A stretch of 64,000 bases of DNA from Patescibacteria group bacterium (GCA_018971045.1 JAGWVF010000005.1:10764-74763); one strand, 5' to 3'; positions 17,679 through 27,941 are shown, counted from the stretch's first letter. The notes: a model not told the origin generated them from the sequence alone. Made by a program: numbers and translations.

Positions 17679-19127
17679 ATGAGACCCAGACTCTTTGTTT
17701 CGTCCGTGTTTCCTCTCTTGTTTTTCTTTGCCGGATTACCCGTAGCGTTCGGGCAAACAAGCGTGTCAAGCGCGTCGAGTACGACAGCAGTGCCTGTACC
17801 TCCTCCGTGGTGGCTCTCCGGTCAAGTCGGACGCCCCGAAGGGGCCGTGAGTTGTTTTGATTATTATCGCTTCGGGAGCGTGTCCGTAAACGCGGTTATA
17901 AAGGATGCGACGGTGAAGGCGGGTGAGTCGCTTCCAGTCTCGGGCGCGATCGTAAACAACAACAGCTATCCGATAGTGGACGGCCAGCTCTACGTTAAGA
18001 TTTTCAAAAAGGATTCCCGCAGTGACGCCTCAATCCGTTTGAACGGATATCCGGTCGTCGATTTCTTTTTGGCCAAGGACAACGTATCCATCGCCTCGAA
18101 AGGAAGCACGGACCTCTCATTTTCTTGGAAAGCGCCCGAAGGCGCGTCGGGAAACTACTACATGGCCTTTTATTTCACCTCGGATTATCGATTCAATCTT
18201 CTCGGGCTCTCCTTCACCGACGACGTAACGGGGAATAAGGACGACTTCCGCGTCATCGGATCCGCAAATTCCTCCGCGCCGGTCGCTTTCGACAAGGACG
18301 CCATTACGCTGAACGGAAAGAGCTTTAATCCCGTCACCTTCCTCCCGCATTTCTCTCAAACGGACCCTGTCTCGCTTGGCGTGACGCTCGTGAATCCGAC
18401 AGACGCCTCAAAGACGGTATCAGTCTCGTACGTAACATCGAAGTGGGACGGCCTCCTAGACGAAAATCGCGTAAAGACCGACACGGTAAACGTGACGCTC
18501 GCTCCGAAAGAGCGCAAGAAACTTTCCTACGCCATTCCGACCGTCGCCACTTCCGTGACTTACACGACTGCGACGGTTACCGACGGCGACGCGAAGTCGA
18601 TTATCTTTACTCGTTTTGTTCGCGACAGTTTCCCCGATATCCGCCTCAATTTCCCCGCTGTCACAGGGTATCCGCTCATGAGCGGGACCCCCGTAACGCT
18701 CTTCTCCTGCGTTCACGCGGAGTCAATGCCGGTCGTGAACGACAATACGCTTACGCTCACGCTGAAAGACGAAAACGGCAATACGCTCCATACTTACACC
18801 TATACCGGAGACGTAACGGGCGACATGATGGGAGTGAAGGACAGCTATACGCCGGCGAAGGATCTCACCTCTTTCTCGCTTACCGCCTCGCTCGCTCACG
18901 CGGGGGCCCGGGTGGAAGAGGTAACGGTGAAGTACGCATGCACCGACATTGACCCCGCTACTTGCCCAGGATCTTCCCCCGGAGGCTTGTTCCAGCTCTC
19001 TCTCACCAGCCCTACGACCGCCTCAATCTTCATTCTCGTCATACTTCTTGTTGGGATAAGCGTACTCTTCTTTATCCGTTCGAGAAGAAAACCAAAAAAC
19101 TCCCCCTTTACTATTCCTAACGAATAA
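17679..19127 (+). CDS. Exported beta-rich surface protein with C-terminal TM anchor
   Basis: Signal peptide, Thr/Val-rich Ig-like character, C-terminal TM followed by RSRRK. Confidence 0.65.
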   Translation: MRPRLFVSSVFPLLFFFAGLPVAFGQTSVSSASSTTAVPVPPPWWLSGQVGRPEGAVSCFDYYRFGSVSVNAVIKDATVKAGESLPVSGAIVNNNSYPIVDGQLYVKIFKKDSRSDASIRLNGYPVVDFFLAKDNVSIASKGSTDLSFSWKAPEGASGNYYMAFYFTSDYRFNLLGLSFTDDVTGNKDDFRVIGSANSSAPVAFDKDAITLNGKSFNPVTFLPHFSQTDPVSLGVTLVNPTDASKTVSVSYVTSKWDGLLDENRVKTDTVNVTLAPKERKKLSYAIPTVATSVTYTTATVTDGDAKSIIFTRFVRDSFPDIRLNFPAVTGYPLMSGTPVTLFSCVHAESMPVVNDNTLTLTLKDENGNTLHTYTYTGDVTGDMMGVKDSYTPAKDLTSFSLTASLAHAGARVEEVTVKYACTDIDPATCPGSSPGGLFQLSLTSPTTASIFILVILLVGISVLFFIRSRRKPKNSPFTIPNE

Positions 19128-19129
19128 CA

Positions 19130-20098
19130 ATGAAGCGACTCACCCTTTCATTCTCAACCGCAACGATTACTGCAATTACCGTCATAAGTGCAGTACCACT
19201 CACTGCACTCGCCGCGTCGACGAGCTGGCCAACTGTTATAAGTAACGGTCTTGTCGCGCCGGTCTTGGGTACACAAATGACATGTTCCAACCCCGCCCCT
19301 GGTACAGGGTGGTGCGATCCAGATTCTGTGAGCTTGAAGATTAAAGAAATGTGGGTGCCCTCTACGTATTTGAGCAATAATATATCCGTATCAGTAAGCC
19401 GTTACGCGACCATAATTAACACGACAAACGGACAATCAGGCGACGCTCCCGCGATAAAAGTGGGCGACTCTATCACCTTTTCTCCTCAACAAAGCGGCAC
19501 GGATATCGTTTGGAATGGGACAGGGGGCGCTATGGACACGCCGTATGGCGTATGGGGTTCTGGAGGATCGATACCGTGCGATGCTACAACTCAAGTGAGC
19601 TACAATACCGCCGGGGGCGGGAATTACACGGCTCAGTATTGGGGTTATGCGCAACCTTATATAATACCTGGAACTCCCGTCTTAGATACGTCCGGCTCTA
19701 CGGCAAGTCTCTCTTGCACGGGTCTCACGTGTTCCGTAACGAGCCCGGGCACGATACAAGCGAGGCTCACCTGGCCGGCGACAACCGGAGCGTTTAATGC
19801 CGCATATACGAAGACAGGACAACTTAATTACTCTGCCGATAACTTGCCAAATGCAAATTGCGGGCAAACAGGAGGAATGATTGATAATACCAATACTTCT
19901 TCGTGGCTGTTAGTCGGAACGTTTTATGGAAGTACAGATAACCCAATTCCTCCACCTCCTCACCCGTCACCCTATGTCATTAATGTTCCTTCCCAATCGG
20001 TTTCATTCACCGTCAATGTCGTCGGCGTGAGAATTCAGTTCAGTCTCGTCGATTTTTTGAAAAAGCTTTTTACGAGCGCCCCGTCATTTATAGGGTAG
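19130..20098 (+). CDS. Secreted Thr/Gly/Ser-rich protein
   Basis: Signal peptide (ALA cleavage), paired Cys, poly-Pro linker, visibly more AT-rich codon usage. Confidence 0.6.
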   Translation: MKRLTLSFSTATITAITVISAVPLTALAASTSWPTVISNGLVAPVLGTQMTCSNPAPGTGWCDPDSVSLKIKEMWVPSTYLSNNISVSVSRYATIINTTNGQSGDAPAIKVGDSITFSPQQSGTDIVWNGTGGAMDTPYGVWGSGGSIPCDATTQVSYNTAGGGNYTAQYWGYAQPYIIPGTPVLDTSGSTASLSCTGLTCSVTSPGTIQARLTWPATTGAFNAAYTKTGQLNYSADNLPNANCGQTGGMIDNTNTSSWLLVGTFYGSTDNPIPPPPHPSPYVINVPSQSVSFTVNVVGVRIQFSLVDFLKKLFTSAPSFIG

Positions 20099-20107
20099 AC
20101 TGTAGAG

Positions 20108-20527
20108 ATGCGTAAGAAGCACGGATGGTATGAAGCGCTCGTGATGCTTCCGGATCGGCTGTACCCCTTTCAGACCGAAGTGGGAGGAAGGCTCGTGCGC
20201 GGTGTCCGATCCTATAACGCGCGGCTCGCGCGCTATGAGCGCGAGCATGGTCCCGGCCGCTATGGATACGGGCTCGAGGCCTATCGCCAGCTCTTTCACT
20301 TAACCGGTTCGATTCTCTTCCTCGCCATCGCGGCGTATCTCTCGCAGACGTTCTTTAGCTCGACGGGAGCCATTTACGTATTTCTTGCCATCGCGGTTCT
20401 CTTTATTTCCTTTCAAGAATTCTATCTTCATCGCCGCATGTACCAACAGCTCTGGAAGAAGGGAATCATCGACTGGCTCGCCTGGTGCCTCCCATTCGGC
20501 ATCTATCTTTTCTCTCACTTCCGCTAG
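20108..20527 (+). CDS. Hypothetical membrane protein
   Basis: Three hydrophobic segments, -10-like TAGACT 6 nt before ATG. Confidence 0.6.
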   Translation: MRKKHGWYEALVMLPDRLYPFQTEVGGRLVRGVRSYNARLARYEREHGPGRYGYGLEAYRQLFHLTGSILFLAIAAYLSQTFFSSTGAIYVFLAIAVLFISFQEFYLHRRMYQQLWKKGIIDWLAWCLPFGIYLFSHFR

Positions 20528-20552
20528 AAACGTTCCGTGGTATCATTAATTT

Positions 20553-21113
20553 ATGACTACCACAACCATCGTGCTCATCGTCCTAGCCATCGCCGTGCTC
20601 TGGGTTATCTTCGTTTACAACCGCCTCGTTACCCAGGTCAACCAGGCCAAGGAGGCGTGGTCTGACATCAATGTCCAGCTGAAGCGCCGCTACGATCTTA
20701 TCCCGAATCTCGTCGAAACGGTCAAGGGATACGCCGCGCACGAATCGGCGGCCTTCGAGAACGTGACGAAGGCGCGCGCCGCGGCAATGGGCGCCGGCAG
20801 TGCCGCTCCCGCGGCGCAGGCCGCCGCCGAGAATCAGCTCTCCGGAGCCCTCAAGACGCTCTTCGCCGTCTCGGAGGCCTACCCGGATCTGAAGGCGAAT
20901 CAGAATTTCCTCCAGCTCCAGCAGGAGCTCGGCGACACCGAGGATAAGATTCAGGCCGCACGCCGCTTCTACAACACGACCGTGATGGCGCTCAATACGT
21001 CGGAACAGGTGTTTCCTGGGAGCCTCATCGCCTCGCTGTTCGGTTTCAAGCCGATGGATCTCTTCGAACTCTCCTCAGCCGCCGAGTCCGAGCCGGTCAA
21101 GGTTCAATTCTAG
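20553..21113 (+). CDS. lemA: LemA family protein
   Basis: YNRLV, QLKRRYDLIPNLVETVKGYA and EAYPDLKANQNF motifs. Confidence 0.95.
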   Translation: MTTTTIVLIVLAIAVLWVIFVYNRLVTQVNQAKEAWSDINVQLKRRYDLIPNLVETVKGYAAHESAAFENVTKARAAAMGAGSAAPAAQAAAENQLSGALKTLFAVSEAYPDLKANQNFLQLQQELGDTEDKIQAARRFYNTTVMALNTSEQVFPGSLIASLFGFKPMDLFELSSAAESEPVKVQF

Positions 21114-21119
21114 CCGGAT

Positions 21120-21794
21120 ATGGAGTGGCCAAAGACCTTTCGGCCATCCGGTTCGTCCGGAGAACGGGAGGCGCGGGCGAATGAAGCCGAGCTCGCCAGA
21201 CGAAACGATCAGCTGGATCTCGAAAACGCTCTGCGCGACGAGCATATCAGGCTTCAAGACGAACGGCACAGTGCAGAAATAGCGGCATTCGGTTTCGACG
21301 CGCTTACGGGAGCGATGACGCTGAGGTCATTTGAAGAATCGCTTGCCGAGGAGCTCGGGCATATCCGCGGAGAGATCCCCGGCAAGCGCAGTGGGGAATC
21401 GTCGCACCAGAAGGTGGCGGTGCTCTTCATCGACCTCGACAATTTCAAACAAGCGAATGACAATTTCGGACATGCGGCCGGAGACGATGTCCTGAAGGCG
21501 GCGGCGAAGGTGTGTATGGGTTCGGTGCGCCACGAAACGGACAAAGTCGGCCGGAAGGGGGGAGATGAATTCGTCGTGATGCTCCCCGGAGCCGACCAAG
21601 AGATAGCGACGCAGGTAGCAGGCACGATTCTCGACGGTCTGCGCGCGGATCCGGTCTTAAGTCGCCATGATATTACGGCAAGTATCGGGGTAAGCACCTC
21701 GGCAGTCTCGGCCAATCTGCAGGAGCTTATGAACTCGGCTGATCAGGCGATGTATCGAGCGAAGAAAGCGGGGCGTAATCAAGTTTCCGTATGA
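21120..21794 (+). CDS. GGDEF diguanylate cyclase
   Basis: DALTG, FIDLDNFKQANDNFGHAAGD, GRKGGDEF and ADQAMYRAKKAGRN motifs. Confidence 0.92.
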   Translation: MEWPKTFRPSGSSGEREARANEAELARRNDQLDLENALRDEHIRLQDERHSAEIAAFGFDALTGAMTLRSFEESLAEELGHIRGEIPGKRSGESSHQKVAVLFIDLDNFKQANDNFGHAAGDDVLKAAAKVCMGSVRHETDKVGRKGGDEFVVMLPGADQEIATQVAGTILDGLRADPVLSRHDITASIGVSTSAVSANLQELMNSADQAMYRAKKAGRNQVSV

Positions 21795-22693
21795 ATCTCT
21801 ACCAACAGCGTTCGGCGAATGTCGCGAAGACGTGGATGCTCATCGCGGGATTTCTCATCGTCGTCGCCGTCATAGGCTACGCTGTCTCGTGGTACTATCG
21901 TGACCCGCTCATCCTCTATGCCGCGATTATCGCGGCTATCGCGACGAACTTCTACGCGTACTGGGCGTCCGATACGCTGGTGCTCTCCCTGAATCGCGCG
22001 CGGCCAGCGACCCGGGAAGAATTTTTTGATTTTTATACCGTAGCCGAGAACCTCGCGATCACCGCCGGACTGCCGGTGCCGAGACTCTATGTGATCGACG
22101 ATCCGGCGCCGAACGCCTTCGCGACCGGACGCGACGAGCGCCACGCGGTCGTCTGCGCGACGACCGGACTCCTCTCGATGATGACGCGCCCCGAGCTCGA
22201 GGGCGTCATCGCTCACGAACTCTCGCATATTAAAAATCGAGACATTCTCTTGATGACGGTCGCGGTGGTGCTCGCCGGATTCGTCGCGATCGTAGCGGAT
22301 CTCTTTCTCCGCATGTCGTTTTGGGGCGGCGGCAAGCGCGACGATCGAGAGGGCGGAAACGCCATTCTCATGATTCTCGCTGTCGTCGCGATTATTCTCG
22401 CTCCGCTTGCGGCGAAGCTGATCGAGCTCGCCGTCTCGCGCCGGCGCGAGTATCTCGCGGACGCTTCCGGCGCGCTCCTTACGCGCTATCCCGAGGGGCT
22501 CGCGTCCGCGCTTCAAAAAATCGGCAATTATACCGAGCCGATGAGAAGCGCGAATCTCGCGACGGCGCACCTCTTTATCGGCGATCCGTACGGCGCAAGC
22601 AAGGATAAGAGCGGCAGTTTTATCGAAAAATTATTCTCCACCCACCCGCCCATTCCGGATCGCATCAAGGCGCTTCTGTCGCCGGCCGCGTAA
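21791..22693 (+). CDS. htpX: Zinc metalloprotease HtpX (M48)
   Basis: PNAFATG, HELSH, SRRREYLAD and STHPP motifs. Confidence 0.93.
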   Translation: MNLYQQRSANVAKTWMLIAGFLIVVAVIGYAVSWYYRDPLILYAAIIAAIATNFYAYWASDTLVLSLNRARPATREEFFDFYTVAENLAITAGLPVPRLYVIDDPAPNAFATGRDERHAVVCATTGLLSMMTRPELEGVIAHELSHIKNRDILLMTVAVVLAGFVAIVADLFLRMSFWGGGKRDDREGGNAILMILAVVAIILAPLAAKLIELAVSRRREYLADASGALLTRYPEGLASALQKIGNYTEPMRSANLATAHLFIGDPYGASKDKSGSFIEKLFSTHPPIPDRIKALLSPAA

Positions 22694-22754
22694 GCGATGA
22701 AGCGTCCCGCGTCTCACTTGAGAAAAGGGCGATCATAGCGCAGTATATACCCAC

Positions 22755-22842
22755 GGAGGGTTCGCATAGCGGTCTAGTGCGCACGCTTGGAAAGCGTGTG
22801 TAGGGAAACCTACCGTGGGTTCGAATCCCACACCCTCCGCCA
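22755..22842 (+). tRNA. tRNA-Ser (GGA)
   Basis: Cloverleaf with long variable arm, CACGC-TT GGA AA-GCGTG, encoded CCA. Confidence 0.95.
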
Positions 22843-22888
22843 GATGTCCAAGTTTGAAAAGACAGCCGCCGCTTGCGGCATAGCCTAC

Positions 22889-23929
22889 TTACTCCTCGTT
22901 ATTGACGAAGGTATAAGTCGCGCGCGAGAGATCGGCGATAAATCTGCTCAGCGAGAGCTCGTCCTTCCCCTCAGTCATGATGCACAGGAGGTACGGCCGC
23001 GAAGGGTGGTAGATGATGCCGCAGTCCGAGAGCTCGATGCCGCTCGCCGTGCCGCTTGACCCGATGACGTGTTCTCCGTACTTGTGAGCGACGCGGACCG
23101 AACTCGGCACTCCCGAGACGAGCCCGTCGGTGAAAGACGCATCCGCGAGAAATTGGAGAATCTGATTGCTGTTCTCCCATGAAATGTTGTATGTTCCGTA
23201 ATACAGCGCGCGAAGGAAGTGCGAATACTCTCTCGGCGAGATCGTGTAGCCGGCCGAGTCGGTATCGTCCGGCTTTGGGATAGAAAGGCCGGTGTAAACT
23301 TCATCAAGAATCGATTGATCGATTGAAGAGAGAAGAAGATCCTTCGCCGAATTATCCGAGCTTGAGAGCATGAGCTTCAGCAAATGGGGGATGGTATAGC
23401 TTTGCCCTACCGAAAGCGCGATCGGCGGCGCGAACGGAAACGCCGCGTTGATATTCGCGAGATCTTGAGTATAGGTAAGCTTTTGCGAGAAATAATCGGG
23501 GTTGACGGCGGCCTGTTTGTAGGCCGCGAGCGCGATGACGATCTTAAGCATGCTCGCCGGATCGTATTGCTCGTTTTCATTCACCCCGATCCACGACGCA
23601 TCAGTAAGGTCGCGATAATAATATGAATACTCGACGGGTGTTCCGCCCGGCTCTTCTTTGGCAATGTTCTCGATTTGGCTCTTGAGCGGAGCGAGCTTGT
23701 CCGCGTTATACGAAGCGGGGGTCTGGATTCCGATCAGCGGCCGTATAAGAGGATACGCGCTTTTAGTCTCAAGTATGAGAGAAAAGGGAACCTCGGGAAC
23801 TAAGAGCCATTTCGCTACGCCAATACCGAGGAGGATGCCTGTGGCAGTGAGGCCGATCCCAAGCGCGAAGAGCCGCCGCGGATGCCGCGCCGCCGATAGA
23901 AACCATCCTCGGAAATGAGCGTGGAACAT
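22889..23929 (-). CDS. Class A beta-lactamase-like serine hydrolase, membrane-anchored
   Basis: SMLK (SxxK), SDN and HKYG motifs. Start chosen at ATG 23929. Confidence 0.85.
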   Translation of the reverse strand: MFHAHFRGWFLSAARHPRRLFALGIGLTATGILLGIGVAKWLLVPEVPFSLILETKSAYPLIRPLIGIQTPASYNADKLAPLKSQIENIAKEEPGGTPVEYSYYYRDLTDASWIGVNENEQYDPASMLKIVIALAAYKQAAVNPDYFSQKLTYTQDLANINAAFPFAPPIALSVGQSYTIPHLLKLMLSSSDNSAKDLLLSSIDQSILDEVYTGLSIPKPDDTDSAGYTISPREYSHFLRALYYGTYNISWENSNQILQFLADASFTDGLVSGVPSSVRVAHKYGEHVIGSSGTASGIELSDCGIIYHPSRPYLLCIMTEGKDELSLSRFIADLSRATYTFVNNEE

Positions 23930-24062
23930 ACTGCCTACAATACGATAGGGTCTTGTTTCCCGCCAGTCGTTCTGAGGCGTTCCGCTATTTGCATTGCTAC
24001 TCCCGCGAGACCGGAATAGGAAAACGCCGGACTTCACTCCGGCGTTTGTATGTCTGGCGGCG

Positions 24063-24380
24063 CTACGGCTCGGCCGTATTGTCTGTTTCGATTATGATCC
24101 GTTGCAATTCTTGTTTTGAGGGCGGTTCGACGAACTTCCGCCCGTTTATCCAGATCGTTCGTTGGCACGAAGGCGGCGGCCTGCTCGAGAGAAGCCGCGA
24201 AAGCAATTGCATGTTCGCGACAAGCATGTGGCCGTTGCAGAACCCCGGCGCGTAACGGGTGACGGTCCCGTTCTTATTCCGTTTTTCGTGCTTGTCCCGC
24301 TCCTCAGGCCATTTCTTCTGAAACTCGATTATCGTAACGCTCTCCGTAAGCGATTTTCGGCGGATATGCTCGTTAGTCAT
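24063..24380 (-). CDS. Hypothetical protein
   Basis: ORF from ATG 24380 fills the gap between neighbours; no recognised motif. Confidence 0.3.
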   Translation of the reverse strand: MTNEHIRRKSLTESVTIIEFQKKWPEERDKHEKRNKNGTVTRYAPGFCNGHMLVANMQLLSRLLSSRPPPSCQRTIWINGRKFVEPPSKQELQRIIIETDNTAEP

Positions 24381-24458
24381 GCGCGCTCCTGTCCGTTGAT
24401 TTCCACGCCCGCAAACCATTTTGCGGCTGAGGGCACTATACCACGGTATACTCTCTCC

Positions 24459-24932
24459 ATGCATCTTTCTCGGCAAGGGAAGCTGATACGCACCGATATT
24501 TGGCGGGAAGGGAAGTGGCTTGACCTCTGGAGCGTCGTCCATCTCCTTTCAGGCGCCTCGATCGGCTTCGCGTTCTATTTCTTGTCTCTTAACTCGGCCG
24601 TCGTAGTGACGGCCGTATTTCTCGGGCTTATCGGGTATGAAATATGGGAAAAGGCCGTACAGATCGAGGAGGTGCCGACGAATCGGATACTGGACGTGAT
24701 AGTCGGCGTACTGAGCTTTTTGCCCGTCTACTACGTCATTGCGCCGAGGCTTTCCTCGACGGCATTGATCTTGGTATTCGGATTCGTGCTCACCGCAGAC
24801 ACGGTCATGAGCGTTTTCGGCTGGATCGCTTCGCGCAAGGCAGTGGTGCTCGAGACGCGGCTTCGGGAGCGCGCGATACGCCGCCGCGCGCGCCGTCTCA
24901 AGCGAGAATCGCTCCTCCGGTCTTCGATCTAA
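24459..24932 (+). CDS. Hypothetical membrane protein
   Basis: DLWSVVHLLSG, YEIWE and NRILD motifs with four TMs. TATACT 6 nt before ATG 24459. Confidence 0.7.
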   Translation: MHLSRQGKLIRTDIWREGKWLDLWSVVHLLSGASIGFAFYFLSLNSAVVVTAVFLGLIGYEIWEKAVQIEEVPTNRILDVIVGVLSFLPVYYVIAPRLSSTALILVFGFVLTADTVMSVFGWIASRKAVVLETRLRERAIRRRARRLKRESLLRSSI

Positions 24933-24936
24933 TGCC

Positions 24937-25410
24937 ATGGAACCATCGCCGCGCTCTCATTTCTACGCGATTGCCGCGCTTCTCGTGTTCGCGGGACTTT
25001 CTTTCTATAAGACATCATCTTTCATTTCAGGACCAATGGCGATTGCCGAGTTTGGCGGTGTGTCCTTGAATATCGAATACGCGACTACAAGCGCGGCACT
25101 CGAGCTCGGGCTCGGCGGCCGCACTCGCATCCCTGATGATTACGGGATGCTGTTCGTATTTCCGCGAGACGACAAGTATGGCTTCTGGATGAAGGACATG
25201 CTCGTACCGATCGATATATTCTGGATCAACGCTCAAGGACACGTTGTCTTTATTGCTCAAAATGTCGCGACATCGACCTACCCAAGTATTTTTTATCCGA
25301 CAATACCAGCCCGTTATGTCCTTGAAACAACCGCCGGATTCGCCCGAGTTCACGGTATTGCGACAGGAACTCCGCTTCAGTTGAAATATTTTCCAAGCGT
25401 TACGGAATGA
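24937..25410 (+). CDS. DUF192 domain protein
   Basis: GLGGR, GMLFVF, FWMKDM-PIDIFWI and YVLE motifs. Confidence 0.9.
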   Translation: MEPSPRSHFYAIAALLVFAGLSFYKTSSFISGPMAIAEFGGVSLNIEYATTSAALELGLGGRTRIPDDYGMLFVFPRDDKYGFWMKDMLVPIDIFWINAQGHVVFIAQNVATSTYPSIFYPTIPARYVLETTAGFARVHGIATGTPLQLKYFPSVTE

Positions 25411-25505
25411 CGCTGTCCACAATAGCGTTTCGCACATCGAGGAGTACACTTTAACTCAACTACATCGTTGCACCGGATTATTCATTATCTTTCCGCCATA
25501 AAAAT

Positions 25506-27893
25506 ATGTCTAAAACCGCCAAATCCCCTCTTCATTCCAAGACCCTCGCCGTGCGCACGCCGAAAGCGGCAGAAAAAACGATTTCAAAAGAAACGCTGCG
25601 CTATCGAGAACTCATTCCGCAGGTGGAGAAGCGCGATGGACGATTGGTGGCCTTTGACTTCGACAAGATCGCGACGGCGGTGTGGAAAGCGATGAACGAG
25701 GCAGGTGAAGGGGGACAGGAAGACGCGGTCTTGATAGCGCATCAGGTAGCCGGCGAGCTCGCGCGTTTCGCCAAGAAATACAAGAGCTTCCTGCCCACCG
25801 TCGAGGGCATGCAGGACTCAGTCGAGAAATACCTTATATTGAATGATTATGTGAAGACGGCGAAAGCCTACATCCTCTATCGCGACAAGCGCGCCCAGCT
25901 GCGCGCCGCGCACGTAGATATTCCAGAGCGCGTCAAGAAGCTCGCTGAAGAGAGCAAGAAATATTTCAAAGATAATATTCTCGGCGAGTTTGTCTATCTC
26001 CGCACCTATGCGAAATGGATTCCTGAAGAAGGACGCCGGGAAACATGGGTTGAGACGGTCGATCGTTATATGAGTTTTATGCGCGAGAACTTGGGTGATA
26101 AGCTTACGCAAAAAGAATACGCCGAAGTTCAGACGGGCATCTTAAAGCAGGAAGTGATGCCGTCGATGCGGCTCATGCAGTTTTCCGGCGAGGCCGCGCG
26201 GCGCTGTAATACGTGCGCGTATAATTGCACTTTCATCGCGCCGTCGTCGCTTAAGGATTTTTCCGAAATTATGTATCTCTCGATGCAGGGCTGTGGCGTC
26301 GGTTTCGCCGTAGAAAGCCAGAATGTCGAACAGCTCCCGCAGATCAAGAAGCAGACGGGAGTAAAGCTGCCAACGCACGTCATCGGCGATTCAAAAGAAG
26401 GGTGGTGCGACGCGCTCACGCTCGGTATCGAGACGTGGTACGCCGGCAAGGATATCACGTTTGATGCCTCCCAAGTCCGGCCAGCCGGAGCGCGGCTCAA
26501 GACCATGGGCGGGAAGGCGAGCGGTCCCGAGCCGCTTCTCTCGCTCATCGCTTTTGCCCGCGATCGGATTATGGCGCGCCAGGGGCGCCGCCTGCGCGCG
26601 ATCGATGTCCACGACATCATCTGCAAGATCGGCGAGTGCGTGGTTGCGGGCGGCGTGCGCCGTACGGCGATGATCTCGCTCTCGGACCTTGACGATACTG
26701 ACATGCGCGACGCGAAGAAAGGCCAGTTCTATATGACCGATCCGCATCGTTCGGTCGCAAACAATTCCGCCGTCTACGAGGCACCGCCGACGAATGCCGA
26801 GCTGATGGACGAGTGGGTCGCGCTCATGAAGAGCGGGAGCGGCGAGCGGGGCATCTTCAATCGCGGATCGCTCGGCGTTACCTTTCCGAAGCGCCGCACC
26901 GATTATTTTAAGAAGATCGGTTTCATCGGCGAGGATGGAGTCGTCCGCGGATCGATCGGCACGAATCCGTGCGCCGAAATCATTCTTCAATCAAAGCAGT
27001 TTTGCAATCTCTCCGAAGTGATCGCCCGCGCGGCTGACACCGAAGCGTCGCTCGTGCGCAAGACGCGCCTCGCCGCCATCCTCGGCACCTATCAATCGAC
27101 GCTGACGAAGTTCAATTACATCTCGCAGGATTGGACCGATCACTGCCGCGCCGAACGCCTTCTCGGCGTTTCAGTAACGGGGCAGTGGGACTCGCCGGTT
27201 GCGCGAGAGCCCGAGGTGATGCGCAAGCTCCGCGATACCGCTGTGAAGACGAATGCCGCCTATGCGAAGCGTTTCGGAGTGGAGCCGTCGATGGCGGTTA
27301 CCGCCGTAAAACCTTCAGGCACGGTCTCGCAGACTTTTAATTGCGCCTCGGGCATTCATCCGCGCCACGCGCCTTATTACATCCGTCGCGTGCGCATCAG
27401 CGCGACCGACTCGCTCTTTAAGATGATGCGCGATCAGGGAGTGCAGTATTATCCGGAAGTGGGGCAGTCGATGGATCAGGCAAATACCTACGTCTTTGAA
27501 TTTCCGATTAAGGCGCCCGACCACTCGAAGGGGGCGCGTTTCAAGGATAATCTCTCCGCGCTTGAACAACTCGATTACTGGAAGCGGGTGAAGCTCAACT
27601 TCACCGAGCACAATCCTTCGGCGACTATCTCTGTCGGCTCGAGCGAGTGGATCGGCGTTGTCGACTGGATCCAGAAGAACTGGGATATTATCGGAGGTCT
27701 TTCGTTCCTCCCGCGTTCTGAACACGTGTACCGCCTTGCGCCGTACGAAGCGATTACCAAAGAGGAGTATGAAGAGCGTCTCGCCCGATTCCCCGAAGTG
27801 GATTATTCAAAGCTGATCGCGTACGAACGCCAGGACGAAACCGAAATGAAAAAAGAGCTTGCCTGCGCCGGAGGAACCTGCGAGATCGTTTAA
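25506..27893 (+). CDS. nrdJ: Class II (adenosylcobalamin-dependent) ribonucleotide reductase with N-terminal ATP cone
   Basis: VEKRDG ATP cone, RRETW, TNPCAEI, FCNLSE, VKPSGT and C-terminal CAGGTCE. Confidence 0.9.
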   Translation: MSKTAKSPLHSKTLAVRTPKAAEKTISKETLRYRELIPQVEKRDGRLVAFDFDKIATAVWKAMNEAGEGGQEDAVLIAHQVAGELARFAKKYKSFLPTVEGMQDSVEKYLILNDYVKTAKAYILYRDKRAQLRAAHVDIPERVKKLAEESKKYFKDNILGEFVYLRTYAKWIPEEGRRETWVETVDRYMSFMRENLGDKLTQKEYAEVQTGILKQEVMPSMRLMQFSGEAARRCNTCAYNCTFIAPSSLKDFSEIMYLSMQGCGVGFAVESQNVEQLPQIKKQTGVKLPTHVIGDSKEGWCDALTLGIETWYAGKDITFDASQVRPAGARLKTMGGKASGPEPLLSLIAFARDRIMARQGRRLRAIDVHDIICKIGECVVAGGVRRTAMISLSDLDDTDMRDAKKGQFYMTDPHRSVANNSAVYEAPPTNAELMDEWVALMKSGSGERGIFNRGSLGVTFPKRRTDYFKKIGFIGEDGVVRGSIGTNPCAEIILQSKQFCNLSEVIARAADTEASLVRKTRLAAILGTYQSTLTKFNYISQDWTDHCRAERLLGVSVTGQWDSPVAREPEVMRKLRDTAVKTNAAYAKRFGVEPSMAVTAVKPSGTVSQTFNCASGIHPRHAPYYIRRVRISATDSLFKMMRDQGVQYYPEVGQSMDQANTYVFEFPIKAPDHSKGARFKDNLSALEQLDYWKRVKLNFTEHNPSATISVGSSEWIGVVDWIQKNWDIIGGLSFLPRSEHVYRLAPYEAITKEEYEERLARFPEVDYSKLIAYERQDETEMKKELACAGGTCEIV

Positions 27894-27901
27894 GGGGCAG
27901 A

Positions 27902-27933
27902 GGAAAAGCCCGCGCGGGAGCGCGGGCTTTTCC
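27902..27933. terminator. Bidirectional terminator between nrdJ and rnpB
   Basis: GGAAAAGCCCGCGC-GGGA-GCGCGGGCTTTTCC, 14-bp stem. Confidence 0.8.
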
Positions 27934-27941
27934 ATCTCTCT

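Noticed and set aside
22889-23929. Beta-lactamase as a true antibiotic-resistance gene
   Set aside because: It is membrane-anchored, has HKYG instead of KTG and no clear omega-loop Glu; more likely a PBP-like serine hydrolase
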